Below, one piece after another: positions 1-10,402 of a stretch of DNA of 64,000 nucleotides (its first letter is position 1; each line of letters opens with the position of its first letter). A model generated the notes under the pieces. It was not told the DNA's origin. It worked only from the letters and a program-made list of their open reading frames with translations, and ran no database searches. Source of the stretch: Candidatus Omnitrophota bacterium (lineage in GTDB: Bacteria; Omnitrophota; Gorgyraeia; JAHJTE01); assembly GCA_018830005.1 (NCBI GenBank), contig JAHJTE010000002.1:139809-203808 (forward strand). Direction: 5' to 3'. The position numbers and the translations under genes are program-made.

Positions 1-2052
1 AGAACCATTTTTCTTTTCAGGATATACTACTCGGCTATGATATATACCAGTCAGGATATGGGTAAACACCTTGGCTATCTTTTCTAAATCCTTAAGTGTT
101 AAATCGCATTCATCGAGCTGACCGTCAATAAATTTATTATTGATAACCTTATGTACAGCATCCTCTATCTTAGGAGAGGTCGGCTCTTCGATAGAGCGTG
201 TTGCCGCCTCCACTGAATCAGCCAAAAGACATATCGCAGTCTCCTTATTCTGAGGCTTGGGTCCGGGGTAACGAAATACATCTTCTTTTATATCGTCTTC
301 TTTCTTGAGATCCTCTAAGGCCCTACGATAAAAATAATAGACCAAACTCGTGCCATGGTGCTGGGCAATAAAATTTATTATCGGTTTCTTTAATTTATAT
401 TTGCGTGCTATCTCCTGACCTTCTTTTACATGGTTTATGATTACCAATTTACTCATAGAAGGATTGAGTACATCATGCTTACTTTCCGGCTGACTCTGGT
501 TTTCGCTAAAATATTCTGCCTTATCAATCTTGCCGACATCATGGAAATAGGCACCAACGCGGGCAAGGAGTGAATTCGCCCCTATTGCCTCAGCAGCAGT
601 TTCGCTTAAGTTTCCTACCAGTAGACTATGATGATACGTACCAGGAGCCTTTAATACCATATCTTTAAGTAAGGGCTGATTAAAATCAGAAAGCTCCAAA
701 AGCGTGATGTTTGTAATCAGGCTGAAGAGACCTTCTAAGAGCGGTAAAATAACCATCAAGATAACTGCACTTAAGATACCGCCTATAACACCCCAGCCTG
801 CCTGTTCTAAAATTACCGCATATTCTAAATTATTAAATAATCCCCAGGCCAAAATACTGATAAACTGTACACTGCCGACCAAAAGTCCGGCCTGTAATAT
901 TTGATTGCGTCTACGCACCTTTGAAACCGCAGTAACGCCTGCGATACTACCTATAAAGAATATAATAAGCAGGCCGATATTATTACTAAAACTTATACCC
1001 AGAACCATAGAAAGCAAGGCGGCTAGCACAAAGGACATCGCAGCATCATTGGTAAGCATAAAATAGGCCATAGAAAAAGCTGCGACCGGAACTATAAAAC
1101 TACTATAAGGAGAAAGTTCAACAAATTTTCCTAAAATTATAGCTGATAAGAATAATACGGCCAGTAACGTCAATTCCTTATTTGAAGAGTAAACCTTGGG
1201 GTAATAAATTTTTAAGAAGGCAGCACTTATAATAATAAACATAATCATCAAAATACTCATGCCTAGATTAAAGGAAATCAATTCTTGCTGCGGCCGAGAG
1301 GTGTGGGAGGCATTCAGTTTTTTAAGGATACCTTGGGTTAAGATCTGACCTTTACTAATGATCAGTTCGTTATCTTTCACGTTTACCTGTTTATAAATAG
1401 GCGCTACTGCGTCCTTGGCCTCAGCTTTTTTCTTTGCAGTCTGCTCGGCATCAAAGATAATATTAGGAACTAATGAAGCTGTTATAAGGTCTAAAACAAT
1501 ATCCTTGTCTTTTTTGCTTTTAAACTCCTTACCTAATTCTTTCTCAATTTGTTTGCGGGCATCTTTAACGGTCTTAATTTCTGTTATGGGTATATTTTTA
1601 GAAGTTTTCTTGCGGGAATCAAATACAGTTATCTCCTCTGCCTCAGCTTCTGAAAACCGCTTCTTATCCTCTGCCTTAAGAAAATAATTGTTGTTAAAAG
1701 TGCGAGAATAAATCTGGCTTATATTTGGCGCCTTTAATCTTATCCTTTTTGCTAAATTTCTAAATAGGCCTTCGTCCAAGGCAAGCTGCTTAAGGTTATA
1801 AATTTCCGATATCTTTCTTGTTGCATTAACCCTTGCCTTTTGAGTTTCCTCCTCATCAATAGGCCCTTGGTAGGTAAAATCTAGCGGGGCATAGATGTCT
1901 TTTAGGGCAACATCACCTTCAGAAAGTTGACCGACAAGACCTGTCTTGCTCATTATAATCATAACAATCGGCAGAGAACAAAGAATAATAAGCAATAGAC
2001 CTCTAGACAACCAATGTATGAGTTTTTCTTTATTTAAAGTTGGGGCGTGCAT
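1..2052 (-). CDS. 7TM receptor with intracellular HD hydrolase (YqfF/PgpH-like membrane HD-domain protein); partial, C-terminus runs off the window edge
   Basis: Reverse-strand frame with ATG at 2052..2050 stays open to position 1. The N-terminal translation MHAPTLNKEKLIHW... is followed by hydrophobic segments. The C-terminal part decoded from bases 1-700 contains an HD-domain signature (..AYFHDVGKI.., ..HILTGIYHSRVVYPEKKNGS). Sits in the conserved phoH-yqfF arrangement. Confidence 0.7.
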   Translation of the reverse strand, partial: MHAPTLNKEKLIHWLSRGLLLIILCSLPIVMIIMSKTGLVGQLSEGDVALKDIYAPLDFTYQGPIDEEETQKARVNATRKISEIYNLKQLALDEGLFRNLAKRIRLKAPNISQIYSRTFNNNYFLKAEDKKRFSEAEAEEITVFDSRKKTSKNIPITEIKTVKDARKQIEKELGKEFKSKKDKDIVLDLITASLVPNIIFDAEQTAKKKAEAKDAVAPIYKQVNVKDNELIISKGQILTQGILKKLNASHTSRPQQELISFNLGMSILMIMFIIISAAFLKIYYPKVYSSNKELTLLAVLFLSAIILGKFVELSPYSSFIVPVAAFSMAYFMLTNDAAMSFVLAALLSMVLGISFSNNIGLLIIFFIGSIAGVTAVSKVRRRNQILQAGLLVGSVQFISILAWGLFNNLEYAVILEQAGWGVIGGILSAVILMVILPLLEGLFSLITNITLLELSDFNQPLLKDMVLKAPGTYHHSLLVGNLSETAAEAIGANSLLARVGAYFHDVGKIDKAEYFSENQSQPESKHDVLNPSMSKLVIINHVKEGQEIARKYKLKKPIINFIAQHHGTSLVYYFYRRALEDLKKEDDIKEDVFRYPGPKPQNKETAICLLADSVEAATRSIEEPTSPKIEDAVHKVINNKFIDGQLDECDLTLKDLEKIAKVFTHILTGIYHSRVVYPEKKNGS

Positions 2053-2971
2053 TTTCATAAGCCTTTATTATCTCAAGCACTAATTCATGTCGCACAACAT
2101 CTTCGCCAGTAAAATTTACGAATTTTATTCCTTTGATATCAGCCAATAAATCCTTGGCCTGCAGGAGACCTGTAGGCCTACCTTCCGGAAGATCGCTCTG
2201 GGTAATATCACCTGTAATAACCGTCTTTGAATCAAAACCCAAACGCGTCAGGAACATCTTCATCTGCTCAGTAGTACAATTCTGCGCTTCATCAAGTATA
2301 ATAAAGGCGTCGTTGAATGTACGGCCGCGCATATAAGCTAAAGGTGCTACTTCGATAATTCCCATCTCTATTAATTTTTCAATACGCTCAGCATCCATCA
2401 TATCATAAAGCGCATCATAAAGCGGTCGCAGGTAAGGTGAAACCTTCTGATTCATATCCCCCGGCAAAAAGCCTAAACTCTCGCCTGCCTCTATAGCCGG
2501 TCTAGTAAGAATAATCCTGCGCACTATACCTTTCTTGAGGGCATTTACTGCCATGGCCATTGCTAGATAGGTCTTTCCTGTTCCTGCTGGACCTATACCA
2601 AAAACAATATCATATTCTTTTATTGTCTTAACATAAGCATACTGACCACTGGTCTTGGGTCCGATATGCTTGCCCTTTAAAGAAACCTCAATTCCCTCCT
2701 CTTGACGTATATCATTCTTAGCGCCATTCTTTAAAACAGTATTTACCTCAAGCTTACTGATAACGCCTCTTTTCTCAATGATTGAAAGTAAGTAAGTAAT
2801 TACCTCTGTTGCCTTCTTTACAGCAACAGCTGCACCTATGACTTTAAGGCCTTCTTTTCGAGTTAAGAGATTGACCTCAAGTTCTTTCTCAATAAGCTTT
2901 AAGTTAACGTCACAAGAACCAAATAACTGACGCAAGTCATCTTGATTTTTTAATTTAATTACATATTCCAT
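2030..2971 (-). CDS. phoH: PhoH-like ATPase (PhoH/YbeZ family)
   Basis: Walker A GPAGTGKTYLAMAMAV, family-typical length, linked to the 7TM-HD gene. Confidence 0.85.
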   Translation of the reverse strand: MEYVIKLKNQDDLRQLFGSCDVNLKLIEKELEVNLLTRKEGLKVIGAAVAVKKATEVITYLLSIIEKRGVISKLEVNTVLKNGAKNDIRQEEGIEVSLKGKHIGPKTSGQYAYVKTIKEYDIVFGIGPAGTGKTYLAMAMAVNALKKGIVRRIILTRPAIEAGESLGFLPGDMNQKVSPYLRPLYDALYDMMDAERIEKLIEMGIIEVAPLAYMRGRTFNDAFIILDEAQNCTTEQMKMFLTRLGFDSKTVITGDITQSDLPEGRPTGLLQAKDLLADIKGIKFVNFTGEDVVRHELVLEIIKAYENARPNFK

Positions 2972-2996
2972 CTAGACGATCTTTCTTAACATCGCT

Positions 2997-3536
2997 CTAT
3001 TTAATAATCTTGATGACCTGTCCAGGATAAATCTTCTCACAGCTCTTTAATTTATCTTTATTATCTTGGCAGATCTTTTGGAATTTCTTGGTGGTATTAA
3101 AAAAGCGCATTGAGATCTTCTGCAGCGTATCCCCTTTCTCTATCATATATAAAACAACTTCCCCAACCTCCTTAACGCGTTGCCTAATGCGGGTTGTCTC
3201 TTCTGATCCCTCGGAACCGCTCACATATCCCTGATTTCCCCATAATTCTTCATCTTGTGTAGTTTCAGTCTTTGGCTTAGGCAGACCTCTCTCAAATTTT
3301 ATTGGTGACTGCAATTCAATCTCCACGACATTGACTTTACGCGTTTTCTTTATGTCTTTACTTACATCTTTTGCTGGAATATTACCCTGAATATAACCTT
3401 CGTTTCCAGCTACTTCCTGGTCTACTCTCTCCTTAGTCACTGTGTAGGTGCGCACAATACAACCTGAAAGCAGACTAGCAAGAAACAAGAAGCAAAAAGT
3501 AAGAACAACAGCTAAAACTGCATCATTCCTTTTCAT
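2997..3536 (-). CDS. LysM-domain lipoprotein
   Basis: Signal peptide with lipobox LLSGC; C-terminal LysM-like segment (YMIEKGDTLQKIS...YPGQVIKI). Confidence 0.55.
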   Translation of the reverse strand: MKRNDAVLAVVLTFCFLFLASLLSGCIVRTYTVTKERVDQEVAGNEGYIQGNIPAKDVSKDIKKTRKVNVVEIELQSPIKFERGLPKPKTETTQDEELWGNQGYVSGSEGSEETTRIRQRVKEVGEVVLYMIEKGDTLQKISMRFFNTTKKFQKICQDNKDKLKSCEKIYPGQVIKIIK

Positions 3537-3571
3537 CTTAACACCCTCCTTTGATATTTTTAGAGAATTGT

Positions 3572-4960
3572 TTATCTCTTATCTTGCGGATTCCTTAAAT
3601 CTATACCTAATTCCTTCAACTGTCTTTGGTCCACATCAGTGGGGGCTCCTGTTAAAGGACAAAAACCACTCTGCGTCTTAGGAAATGCAATCACATCTCT
3701 TATGGAATCTTTTCCTAAAATTATCGCTATTAATCTATCTAAACCAAAGGCAATACCAGCATGGGCTGGTGCGCCAAAATTAAAGGCCTCCAGCAAGAAA
3801 CCAAAGCGTTCTTTCGCCTGTTTATCCGAAATGCCGATAAGCTTAAAAATCCTTTCCTGGAGTTGGCGCTTATGGATTCTGATAGAACCACTGGCAATCT
3901 CTGCGCCATTTAGAACCAAATCATAGGATTGTGCCCTTACCTTTTTAGGTTCAGTCTCCAAAAACTGAATATCTTCTTCTACTGGTGCGGTAAAAGGATG
4001 ATGTTCGCTTTCCCACCTTTTTTCCTCTTCATTATACTTGAACAAAGGAAAATCAATTACCCAGATAAAATTAAACTTATCTTCACCAATCTTAGGTTTA
4101 TCAGTTGCATATTTATCCTGGGCCTGCTTATAACTAATACGCGCAAAAGGAATCTTCAGCTCTAGATTCAGGCAATCCTTAAAGATTTTCTGCAGGAGAC
4201 TCTCGCAAATATTGAATATATCCTCCTGCCCTAGAAAAGACATCTCCATATCAAGTTGAGTAAATTCGGGTTGGCGGTCTGCACGCAAGTCCTCGTCACG
4301 AAAACATTTGGCAATCTGAAAGTATCTTTCAACGCCAGCTACCATTAACAACTGTTTGAAAAGTTGAGGTGATTGCGGAAGTGCAAAAAATTTAGAGGGC
4401 AATAATCTTGAAGGGACCAGGTAGTCTCTGGCTCCCTCAGGGGTAGACTTGGTTAAAATCGGTGTCTCAAATTCTAAAAATCCAGACTCATCAAGAAAAC
4501 AGCGAATCGAATGATTTATACGATGCCGCAGCTTAAAAACATGCAGAACTTCAGGCCGCCTTAAATCAAGATAGCGATATTTCAAGCGCAGCTCCTCAGA
4601 GACAGGAGTTTCAGAATCAACCTCAAAAGGCAAACCTGCCGAGACATTTAAGATCTGCATTTCTTTAGCATAAAGTTCGACTTCACCAGTAGGAATCTTG
4701 GGGTTTATCATGCCCTTTGGCCTGGCATTTACCAATCCCCTTACGCAGATTAAGAATTCGCTACGTACTTTACTAGCCTGGGCGTGTGCTTCGGGAAAAT
4801 CCTTAGGATGGAACACGACTTGAGTCCAGCCTTCGCGGTCACGGATATCTAAAAAGATTAATTTTCCGTGGTCACGCCGGCGATAGACCCAGCCAATCAA
4901 AGTAGCCTCTTTATCAACGTCTTGCTTTCTTAACTGCCCGCATGTATGAGTTCTTTTCAT
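3572..4960 (-). CDS. aspS: Aspartyl-tRNA synthetase (short form without the bacterial GAD insertion)
   Basis: N-terminal OB anticodon-binding domain; class II motif 2 FRDEDLRADRQPEFTQLDMEMSF; HHPFTAP; motif 3 GLDRLIAIILG. At 462 aa it is shorter than typical bacterial AspRS. Confidence 0.85.
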   Translation of the reverse strand: MKRTHTCGQLRKQDVDKEATLIGWVYRRRDHGKLIFLDIRDREGWTQVVFHPKDFPEAHAQASKVRSEFLICVRGLVNARPKGMINPKIPTGEVELYAKEMQILNVSAGLPFEVDSETPVSEELRLKYRYLDLRRPEVLHVFKLRHRINHSIRCFLDESGFLEFETPILTKSTPEGARDYLVPSRLLPSKFFALPQSPQLFKQLLMVAGVERYFQIAKCFRDEDLRADRQPEFTQLDMEMSFLGQEDIFNICESLLQKIFKDCLNLELKIPFARISYKQAQDKYATDKPKIGEDKFNFIWVIDFPLFKYNEEEKRWESEHHPFTAPVEEDIQFLETEPKKVRAQSYDLVLNGAEIASGSIRIHKRQLQERIFKLIGISDKQAKERFGFLLEAFNFGAPAHAGIAFGLDRLIAIILGKDSIRDVIAFPKTQSGFCPLTGAPTDVDQRQLKELGIDLRNPQDKR

Positions 4961-4974
4961 AACCTATCTTTGGC

Positions 4975-6246
4975 TTAATCCTTTTTAAGCAACTCTCCCA
5001 ACTTAGATATAACCTCATCCTTAGGATATGTATTCTGGCTTCCTGTTTCCATGTCCTTCAGAGTAATCTTATTAGTTTTAATTTCTTCCTCACCCAACAT
5101 AAGTACGATTCTTGCCTTGATGTTATTGGCTCTGCGCATTTGAGCTTTAAGCGATTTATTGCAATAGTCTATATCTGCACTTATTCCAGCAGCACGTAAA
5201 TCATTCAGAAGCGACAGCCCCGCAGGTAAAAATGTCTCTTTGGTCAAGGCCAGAAAAACATCCGGCCCCCTCTTGCCTACTCCTGGCGAAGTCTTTGCTT
5301 GGCTATTAAGGCAAAGGGCAATTCGTTCAAAACCAAGAGCAAAACCAACTGCACCCATATCCGAACCACCCAGCTGTGCCACCAAATTATCATATCTACC
5401 TCCAGCACCTAAGGCATCCTGACTGCCTAGATTAGAATTAGTAACTTCAAAAACAGTGCCGGTATAATAATCAAGGCCACGCACAAGAGTCGCTACCTCG
5501 TTAAACTTCACTTTAAGCTGATTAAGAAAACCTTTCACCATCTTAAAATGACGAGCACAATCCGAACAGCGAAAGTCACTATCCAATGTAATCTCAGAAA
5601 CGATTTGTTTACAAGTTTCCTTTTTGCAATCAAGAATCCGCAATATATTCTTTTTTAGCCTCGCCTGGCAATCTTTGCAAAGCCTAGAGGCCTTGGATTG
5701 CAGTTTTTTATTCAAGATGGCTTTTAGCTTTTCTTTGTCTTTTGCACAGCCAACGCTATTTAGATTAAGGACATAATCACAAACACCAAAGCTGTTTAAG
5801 AGTCTTGTCATTAAAACTATGATCTCTGCATCAAGCGCAGGACTATAAGAACCAATAGCCTCAGCACCAATATGGGTGAATTGCCGCAAGCGTCCCTTTT
5901 GAGGCCGTTCTCCCCGAAACATTGGCCCAATATAAAAAATCTTCTTAAATCCTTCTTTTCTGTCCAGGTGATGCTCCAGATATGCACGGATAATCGATGC
6001 CGTACCCTCTGGCCTTAATGTTAGAGGCCTTTGGCTAGTTTTAATATTTAGCATCTGTTTTGTTACGATATCACTTGCCTCACCCAAGGAACGGACAAAA
6101 AGACCTGAATCTTCAAAGGCAGGGGTAATGATTTCCTCAAAAGCAAAAAGAGAGAATATTTCACGACTTTTCTCATAAATATTATATAAAAACTGAATAT
6201 CTGAACCTAAGATATCATTTGTGCCACGCGGGGCTTTATAAATCAT
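4975..6246 (-). CDS. hisS: Histidyl-tRNA synthetase
   Basis: KAPRGTNDIL signature, class II motifs, C-terminal anticodon-binding domain. A Cys-rich insertion (CxxC..C..C..CxxC) occupies aa 190-230. Confidence 0.9.
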   Translation of the reverse strand: MIYKAPRGTNDILGSDIQFLYNIYEKSREIFSLFAFEEIITPAFEDSGLFVRSLGEASDIVTKQMLNIKTSQRPLTLRPEGTASIIRAYLEHHLDRKEGFKKIFYIGPMFRGERPQKGRLRQFTHIGAEAIGSYSPALDAEIIVLMTRLLNSFGVCDYVLNLNSVGCAKDKEKLKAILNKKLQSKASRLCKDCQARLKKNILRILDCKKETCKQIVSEITLDSDFRCSDCARHFKMVKGFLNQLKVKFNEVATLVRGLDYYTGTVFEVTNSNLGSQDALGAGGRYDNLVAQLGGSDMGAVGFALGFERIALCLNSQAKTSPGVGKRGPDVFLALTKETFLPAGLSLLNDLRAAGISADIDYCNKSLKAQMRRANNIKARIVLMLGEEEIKTNKITLKDMETGSQNTYPKDEVISKLGELLKKD

Positions 6247-6382
6247 AGCTAATTAGAAAGATTTGGGGCTACAAATTAAGCTGGAATTTGTGATTAAGAA
6301 TTGAACATGAGGTTAAGTTTGGAAGTAGTCTTATCCACAAAGGATAGACCTTCCCATTCCTTTTAAGGAAGGGTCTTATCAA

Positions 6383-6655
6383 TTATCTAACTTTCTTTTT
6401 CATCTCTAATCCCGGCTTGAAGACTACTACTTTGCGCGGGGGAACTGGCACAACCTCACCAGTGCGGGGATTTCTTCCTGTCCTACTTTTTCTTTCTTTT
6501 ATTTTAAAGACACCGAAATTGCGCAGTTCTACCTTCTCGCCTCTGACCAAGGCATCCACAATTGAATCAAATGTCTTCTGGACTATCTTTTTTACTACCA
6601 CCTGTCTTACATTAGTCTGATCTGCAATCTTCAGCACTATGTCTTTCTTGGTCAT
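6383..6655 (-). CDS. hup: HU/IHF family nucleoid DNA-binding protein
   Basis: 90 aa; FGVFKIKERKSRTGRNPRTGEVVPVP arm motif; GGAGG RBS 8 nt upstream. Confidence 0.85.
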   Translation of the reverse strand: MTKKDIVLKIADQTNVRQVVVKKIVQKTFDSIVDALVRGEKVELRNFGVFKIKERKSRTGRNPRTGEVVPVPPRKVVVFKPGLEMKKKVR

Positions 6656-6804
6656 ACTCGCACCTCCAAGGTCATTTGCACGAACAAGAACATCTAATCC
6701 TAAATTATGTCCTTATTTAACATAAATACAGTACCACCAAAATGTTACGATGTCAAGTTAAATCTACTTTCTAGCAGATCTAACTTGGAATCAATATGAG
6801 AATT

Positions 6805-9800
6805 CTAGGCGTGATGATGCTCTAAGGACAGACTGAGATTAAGATTGTTACTCAACCCTTCTAATTCTGCTATAAGTTCTTTGGCAGGACGCACATACAA
6901 CTCCTTACCTACTCGTATCTGTACATGCTGCTTATGAGCATCGGTTATATCCAAGTCAACAGGCGTATTTCCTGGAAATTGCGCTAATTTTTCTTTCAAA
7001 CTCCTGATAATATTGGCATTTGAGTGTTCTATCCTTATTTTAACGTTTGCAACCAGCTTATAAACCTCTTCAAGCGGAAAGACGTAATTAGCAATTATCT
7101 TGGGGCTCTCTTCCTTTAGATTAAGCCGACCTGAAACAAAAACCACAGAGTGACCCTGCAAATAACGTTCATATTCTTTAAACACTCTAGGAAAGACTAT
7201 AACCTCTACAGAGCCCTCCAGGTCTTCAATCTTTAAAACTGCCATCTTTTCTTGTTTCTTACGAGTCGTTAAATGGCGGATCTTATTTATTAGTCCAACA
7301 ATGACAACATCTTCGGAGTCAGCGCGGCTAGCTAGCTTAGCTATAGAACAAATGGCTAGCCTGGATATATCCCTCTCGTACTTTGCTAAAGGGTGCCCTG
7401 TAACATAAAATCCTAAAACCTCCTTTTCAAAAGTCAAGACTTGAGTCTTAGGCCATTCATTAATCTTTGGTAATTCCTGGCTGTCTTTAAGAATTATATC
7501 AAAAGAGCTCTTGTCAGTTTCAAAGAAAGATAGCTGGGGGCAATTGCGTTCCTTCTGAACCCTTGAACCAATCTCGATAGCCTTTAGCAAGACCGTCATC
7601 AGCTGCGCCCGATGTGCCCCAAAACAATCTAATGCCCCACACTTAATTAAGCTCTCCAGCACCTTCTTATTCACTAATCTCGAATCAACGCGCTGACAAA
7701 GGTCAAACAAAGACATAAACTTACCGTCTTTTTTTCTTGCCTCTAATACGGAATCTATGGCACCTCTTCCTACATTTTTTACGGCCAGAAGTCCAAAGCG
7801 TATAGTTCTATCATCTTCTACAGTAAAATCAGCAAAACTTTCATTAATATTAGGCGTAGAAATCTTTATCTTGAGTACCTGCGCTTGTTTGACATACTCC
7901 ACGATTTTATCAGTATTGTCTTTTTCGCTTGAAAGAAGCGCACACATGAATTCAACAGGATAGTTGGCCTTTAGATATGCGGTGCGATATGAAATAAGGG
8001 CATAGGCGGCAGAATGACTCCGGTTAAATCCGTAACCAGAAAAATAATCAATCAAATCAAATATCCTGCGTGCAATTGCTTTATCAATCTTGTTCTTAGC
8101 ACAGCCATCGGCAAATACTCTACGTTGTTCCTCCATAACCTCAGGTATCTTCTTACTCATTGCCCGACGCAACATATCAGCTTGAGAGAGTGAAAAACCT
8201 GCTAATTCACTTGCTATGCGCATAACCTGTTCTTGATATACTATTATTCCATAGGTCTCTTCTAATATCGGCTCCAATTTAGAATGCTCATAGTGAATAT
8301 GCAGCTTGCTACGTTTTCGGGTGATATAATCATCAAGCATACCACTACCTATAGGACCAGGACGATATAGGGCAAGCAAGGCAATCAAATCTTCAAAACG
8401 AGTAGGCTGCGAACGCCTTAAGAGATCACGCATGCCTGAACTTTCAAGCTGGAAAATTCCAATACTCTTTGCAGCCGAAAGCAAATCAAAAGTCCTTTTA
8501 TCATCCAAGGGTATCTCATGGATTTTAATATCTATATTATGACGCTTCTTTATAATCTTTACGGCCTGTTCAATTACAGTAAGGGTCCTTAAACCCAAAA
8601 AATCCATTTTAAGCAGACCGATTTTTGCTACGGCATTCATTGAATAACCTGTAGTCAGCTGGCCCTCTGCCTGAAAAAGAGGTACATATTCATTTAATGG
8701 CTTATCTGAGATAACAACTCCGGCAGCATGTGTCGAGGCATGCCGCGTCAGGCCTTCTAAAACCCTGGCAGTGTCAATAAGTCTCCTGATCTGTGCATCA
8801 GTCTTATAGAGATTGGCCAATTCTGATTCTGATTTAACTGCTTCTGCGAGATGGATATTAGGATCATGGGGGATTAATTTTGCAATTCTATCTACATCTG
8901 CATAAGGTATACCCATAACCCTGCCTACATCACGAATAACTGCGCGTGCCTGCATTGTTCCAAAGGTAATGATCTGGGCGACATTTTGACTGCTGTATTT
9001 GGCTGTGACGTAGTCAATTACCTCGCCTCTTCTTTCATAACAAAAATCTATGTCAATATCCGGCAGGCTTAAACGCTGCGGATTCAAAAAGCGCTCAAAA
9101 ATCAAGCTGTACTTTAAAGGATCAATATCCGTTATACTCAGAAGAAAACTCACCAAGCTTCCCGCAGCAGAACCCCTGCCCGGCCCTACGGGGATATCAT
9201 GTTCTTTCGCATAATGGATAAAATCCCAGACAATAAGGAAATAACTCGTAAATCCGGTCTCCTTTATAATATCCAATTCATGCTCAAGCCTTGCTTTTAT
9301 TGCAGGCGTGACCTCCTGATATCTCTTTTTTAGGCCTTCCTTGCATAGATTGCGTAAGTAATCTTCTTTAGAAATTCCTCCCGGCACATTAAAATTAGGC
9401 AAATGCGTCTTGGAAAAATCTAGTTCTAGATTGCATTTTTCAGTTATGGCAATAGTATTTGAAATAGCCTCGGGCGCATAACTAAAACGCTCTTTCATCT
9501 CCTGGGGGCTTTTAAAATAAAACTCATCTGTCTGAAATCTCATTCGATTCGGGTCTGAAAGCATTGACTGTGTTTGTATGCACAGTAGCGCCTCATGCGC
9601 TGCGGCATGTTCTTTTAGAAGATAATGCACATCATTTGTAGCTACCAAGGGGATATTTAGCTCTTTGGAGATCTTTAATAATCCTTCATTGACCTTGGTT
9701 TGCTCTGGGATTCCATTTTCTTGAATCTCTAAATAAAAATTGCCTTTTCCAAGAATCTGATAATATTCATCAGCAACCTTAAATGCATCATTCATTCTGG

Positions 9801-10257
9801 AGGCAGCAATCAAAGATGAGATCTCTCCCTTTAGGCAGGCACTTAAACCGATTAAACCTTCCTGATACTTACTCAATGACTCTTTGTCAATGCGTGGCCG
9901 ATAATAGAAACCTTCCAGATAGCCGATGGAAGTCAATTTCATAAGATTCTTATAGCCCATTTCATCCTTAGCTAATAGGATAAGATGGTAAGAGCTTTCA
10001 GAAATACCTGAGGAAGATTTCTCAAATCTACTTTTTGGGGCAACGTAGACCTCAGAACCAATTATTGGCTTTATACCTGCCTTCATTGCCGCAAGATAAA
10101 AATCAATTGCCCCAAACATATTACCGTGATCAGTAATAGTTAAGGCCGGCATCCTAAATTGTTGGGCAAGCTTTACTATCTCTTTAATTCGGCAGGCGCC
10201 GTCTAGAAGGCTGTATTGGGTATGCAAATGAAGATGGACAAAATCAGAATGCGGCAT
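6805..10257 (-). CDS. dnaE: DNA polymerase III alpha subunit
   Basis: N-terminal PHP domain (HLHLHTQYSLLDGA), 1150 aa, polymerase core and OB-fold regions. Confidence 0.95.
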   Translation of the reverse strand: MPHSDFVHLHLHTQYSLLDGACRIKEIVKLAQQFRMPALTITDHGNMFGAIDFYLAAMKAGIKPIIGSEVYVAPKSRFEKSSSGISESSYHLILLAKDEMGYKNLMKLTSIGYLEGFYYRPRIDKESLSKYQEGLIGLSACLKGEISSLIAASRMNDAFKVADEYYQILGKGNFYLEIQENGIPEQTKVNEGLLKISKELNIPLVATNDVHYLLKEHAAAHEALLCIQTQSMLSDPNRMRFQTDEFYFKSPQEMKERFSYAPEAISNTIAITEKCNLELDFSKTHLPNFNVPGGISKEDYLRNLCKEGLKKRYQEVTPAIKARLEHELDIIKETGFTSYFLIVWDFIHYAKEHDIPVGPGRGSAAGSLVSFLLSITDIDPLKYSLIFERFLNPQRLSLPDIDIDFCYERRGEVIDYVTAKYSSQNVAQIITFGTMQARAVIRDVGRVMGIPYADVDRIAKLIPHDPNIHLAEAVKSESELANLYKTDAQIRRLIDTARVLEGLTRHASTHAAGVVISDKPLNEYVPLFQAEGQLTTGYSMNAVAKIGLLKMDFLGLRTLTVIEQAVKIIKKRHNIDIKIHEIPLDDKRTFDLLSAAKSIGIFQLESSGMRDLLRRSQPTRFEDLIALLALYRPGPIGSGMLDDYITRKRSKLHIHYEHSKLEPILEETYGIIVYQEQVMRIASELAGFSLSQADMLRRAMSKKIPEVMEEQRRVFADGCAKNKIDKAIARRIFDLIDYFSGYGFNRSHSAAYALISYRTAYLKANYPVEFMCALLSSEKDNTDKIVEYVKQAQVLKIKISTPNINESFADFTVEDDRTIRFGLLAVKNVGRGAIDSVLEARKKDGKFMSLFDLCQRVDSRLVNKKVLESLIKCGALDCFGAHRAQLMTVLLKAIEIGSRVQKERNCPQLSFFETDKSSFDIILKDSQELPKINEWPKTQVLTFEKEVLGFYVTGHPLAKYERDISRLAICSIAKLASRADSEDVVIVGLINKIRHLTTRKKQEKMAVLKIEDLEGSVEVIVFPRVFKEYERYLQGHSVVFVSGRLNLKEESPKIIANYVFPLEEVYKLVANVKIRIEHSNANIIRSLKEKLAQFPGNTPVDLDITDAHKQHVQIRVGKELYVRPAKELIAELEGLSNNLNLSLSLEHHHA

Positions 10258-10402
10258 GATACCTTGAATAAAAATGGATTAAGGAAATTTGGATGTGCTC
10301 TTATTATACCAGATTTAAAACTAGGTAGGTATTAATTTTTAAACCCTGAGATTAAATCTATTATTCGCGCATTGCAGTCGGCGCAAAAATCTTTAAATAC
10401 TA

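Noticed and set aside
704-1687. Two small plus-strand ORFs (704..904, 1415..1687)
   Set aside because: They lie within the continuous minus-strand 7TM-HD reading frame, which has clear HD-domain and TM-segment content.
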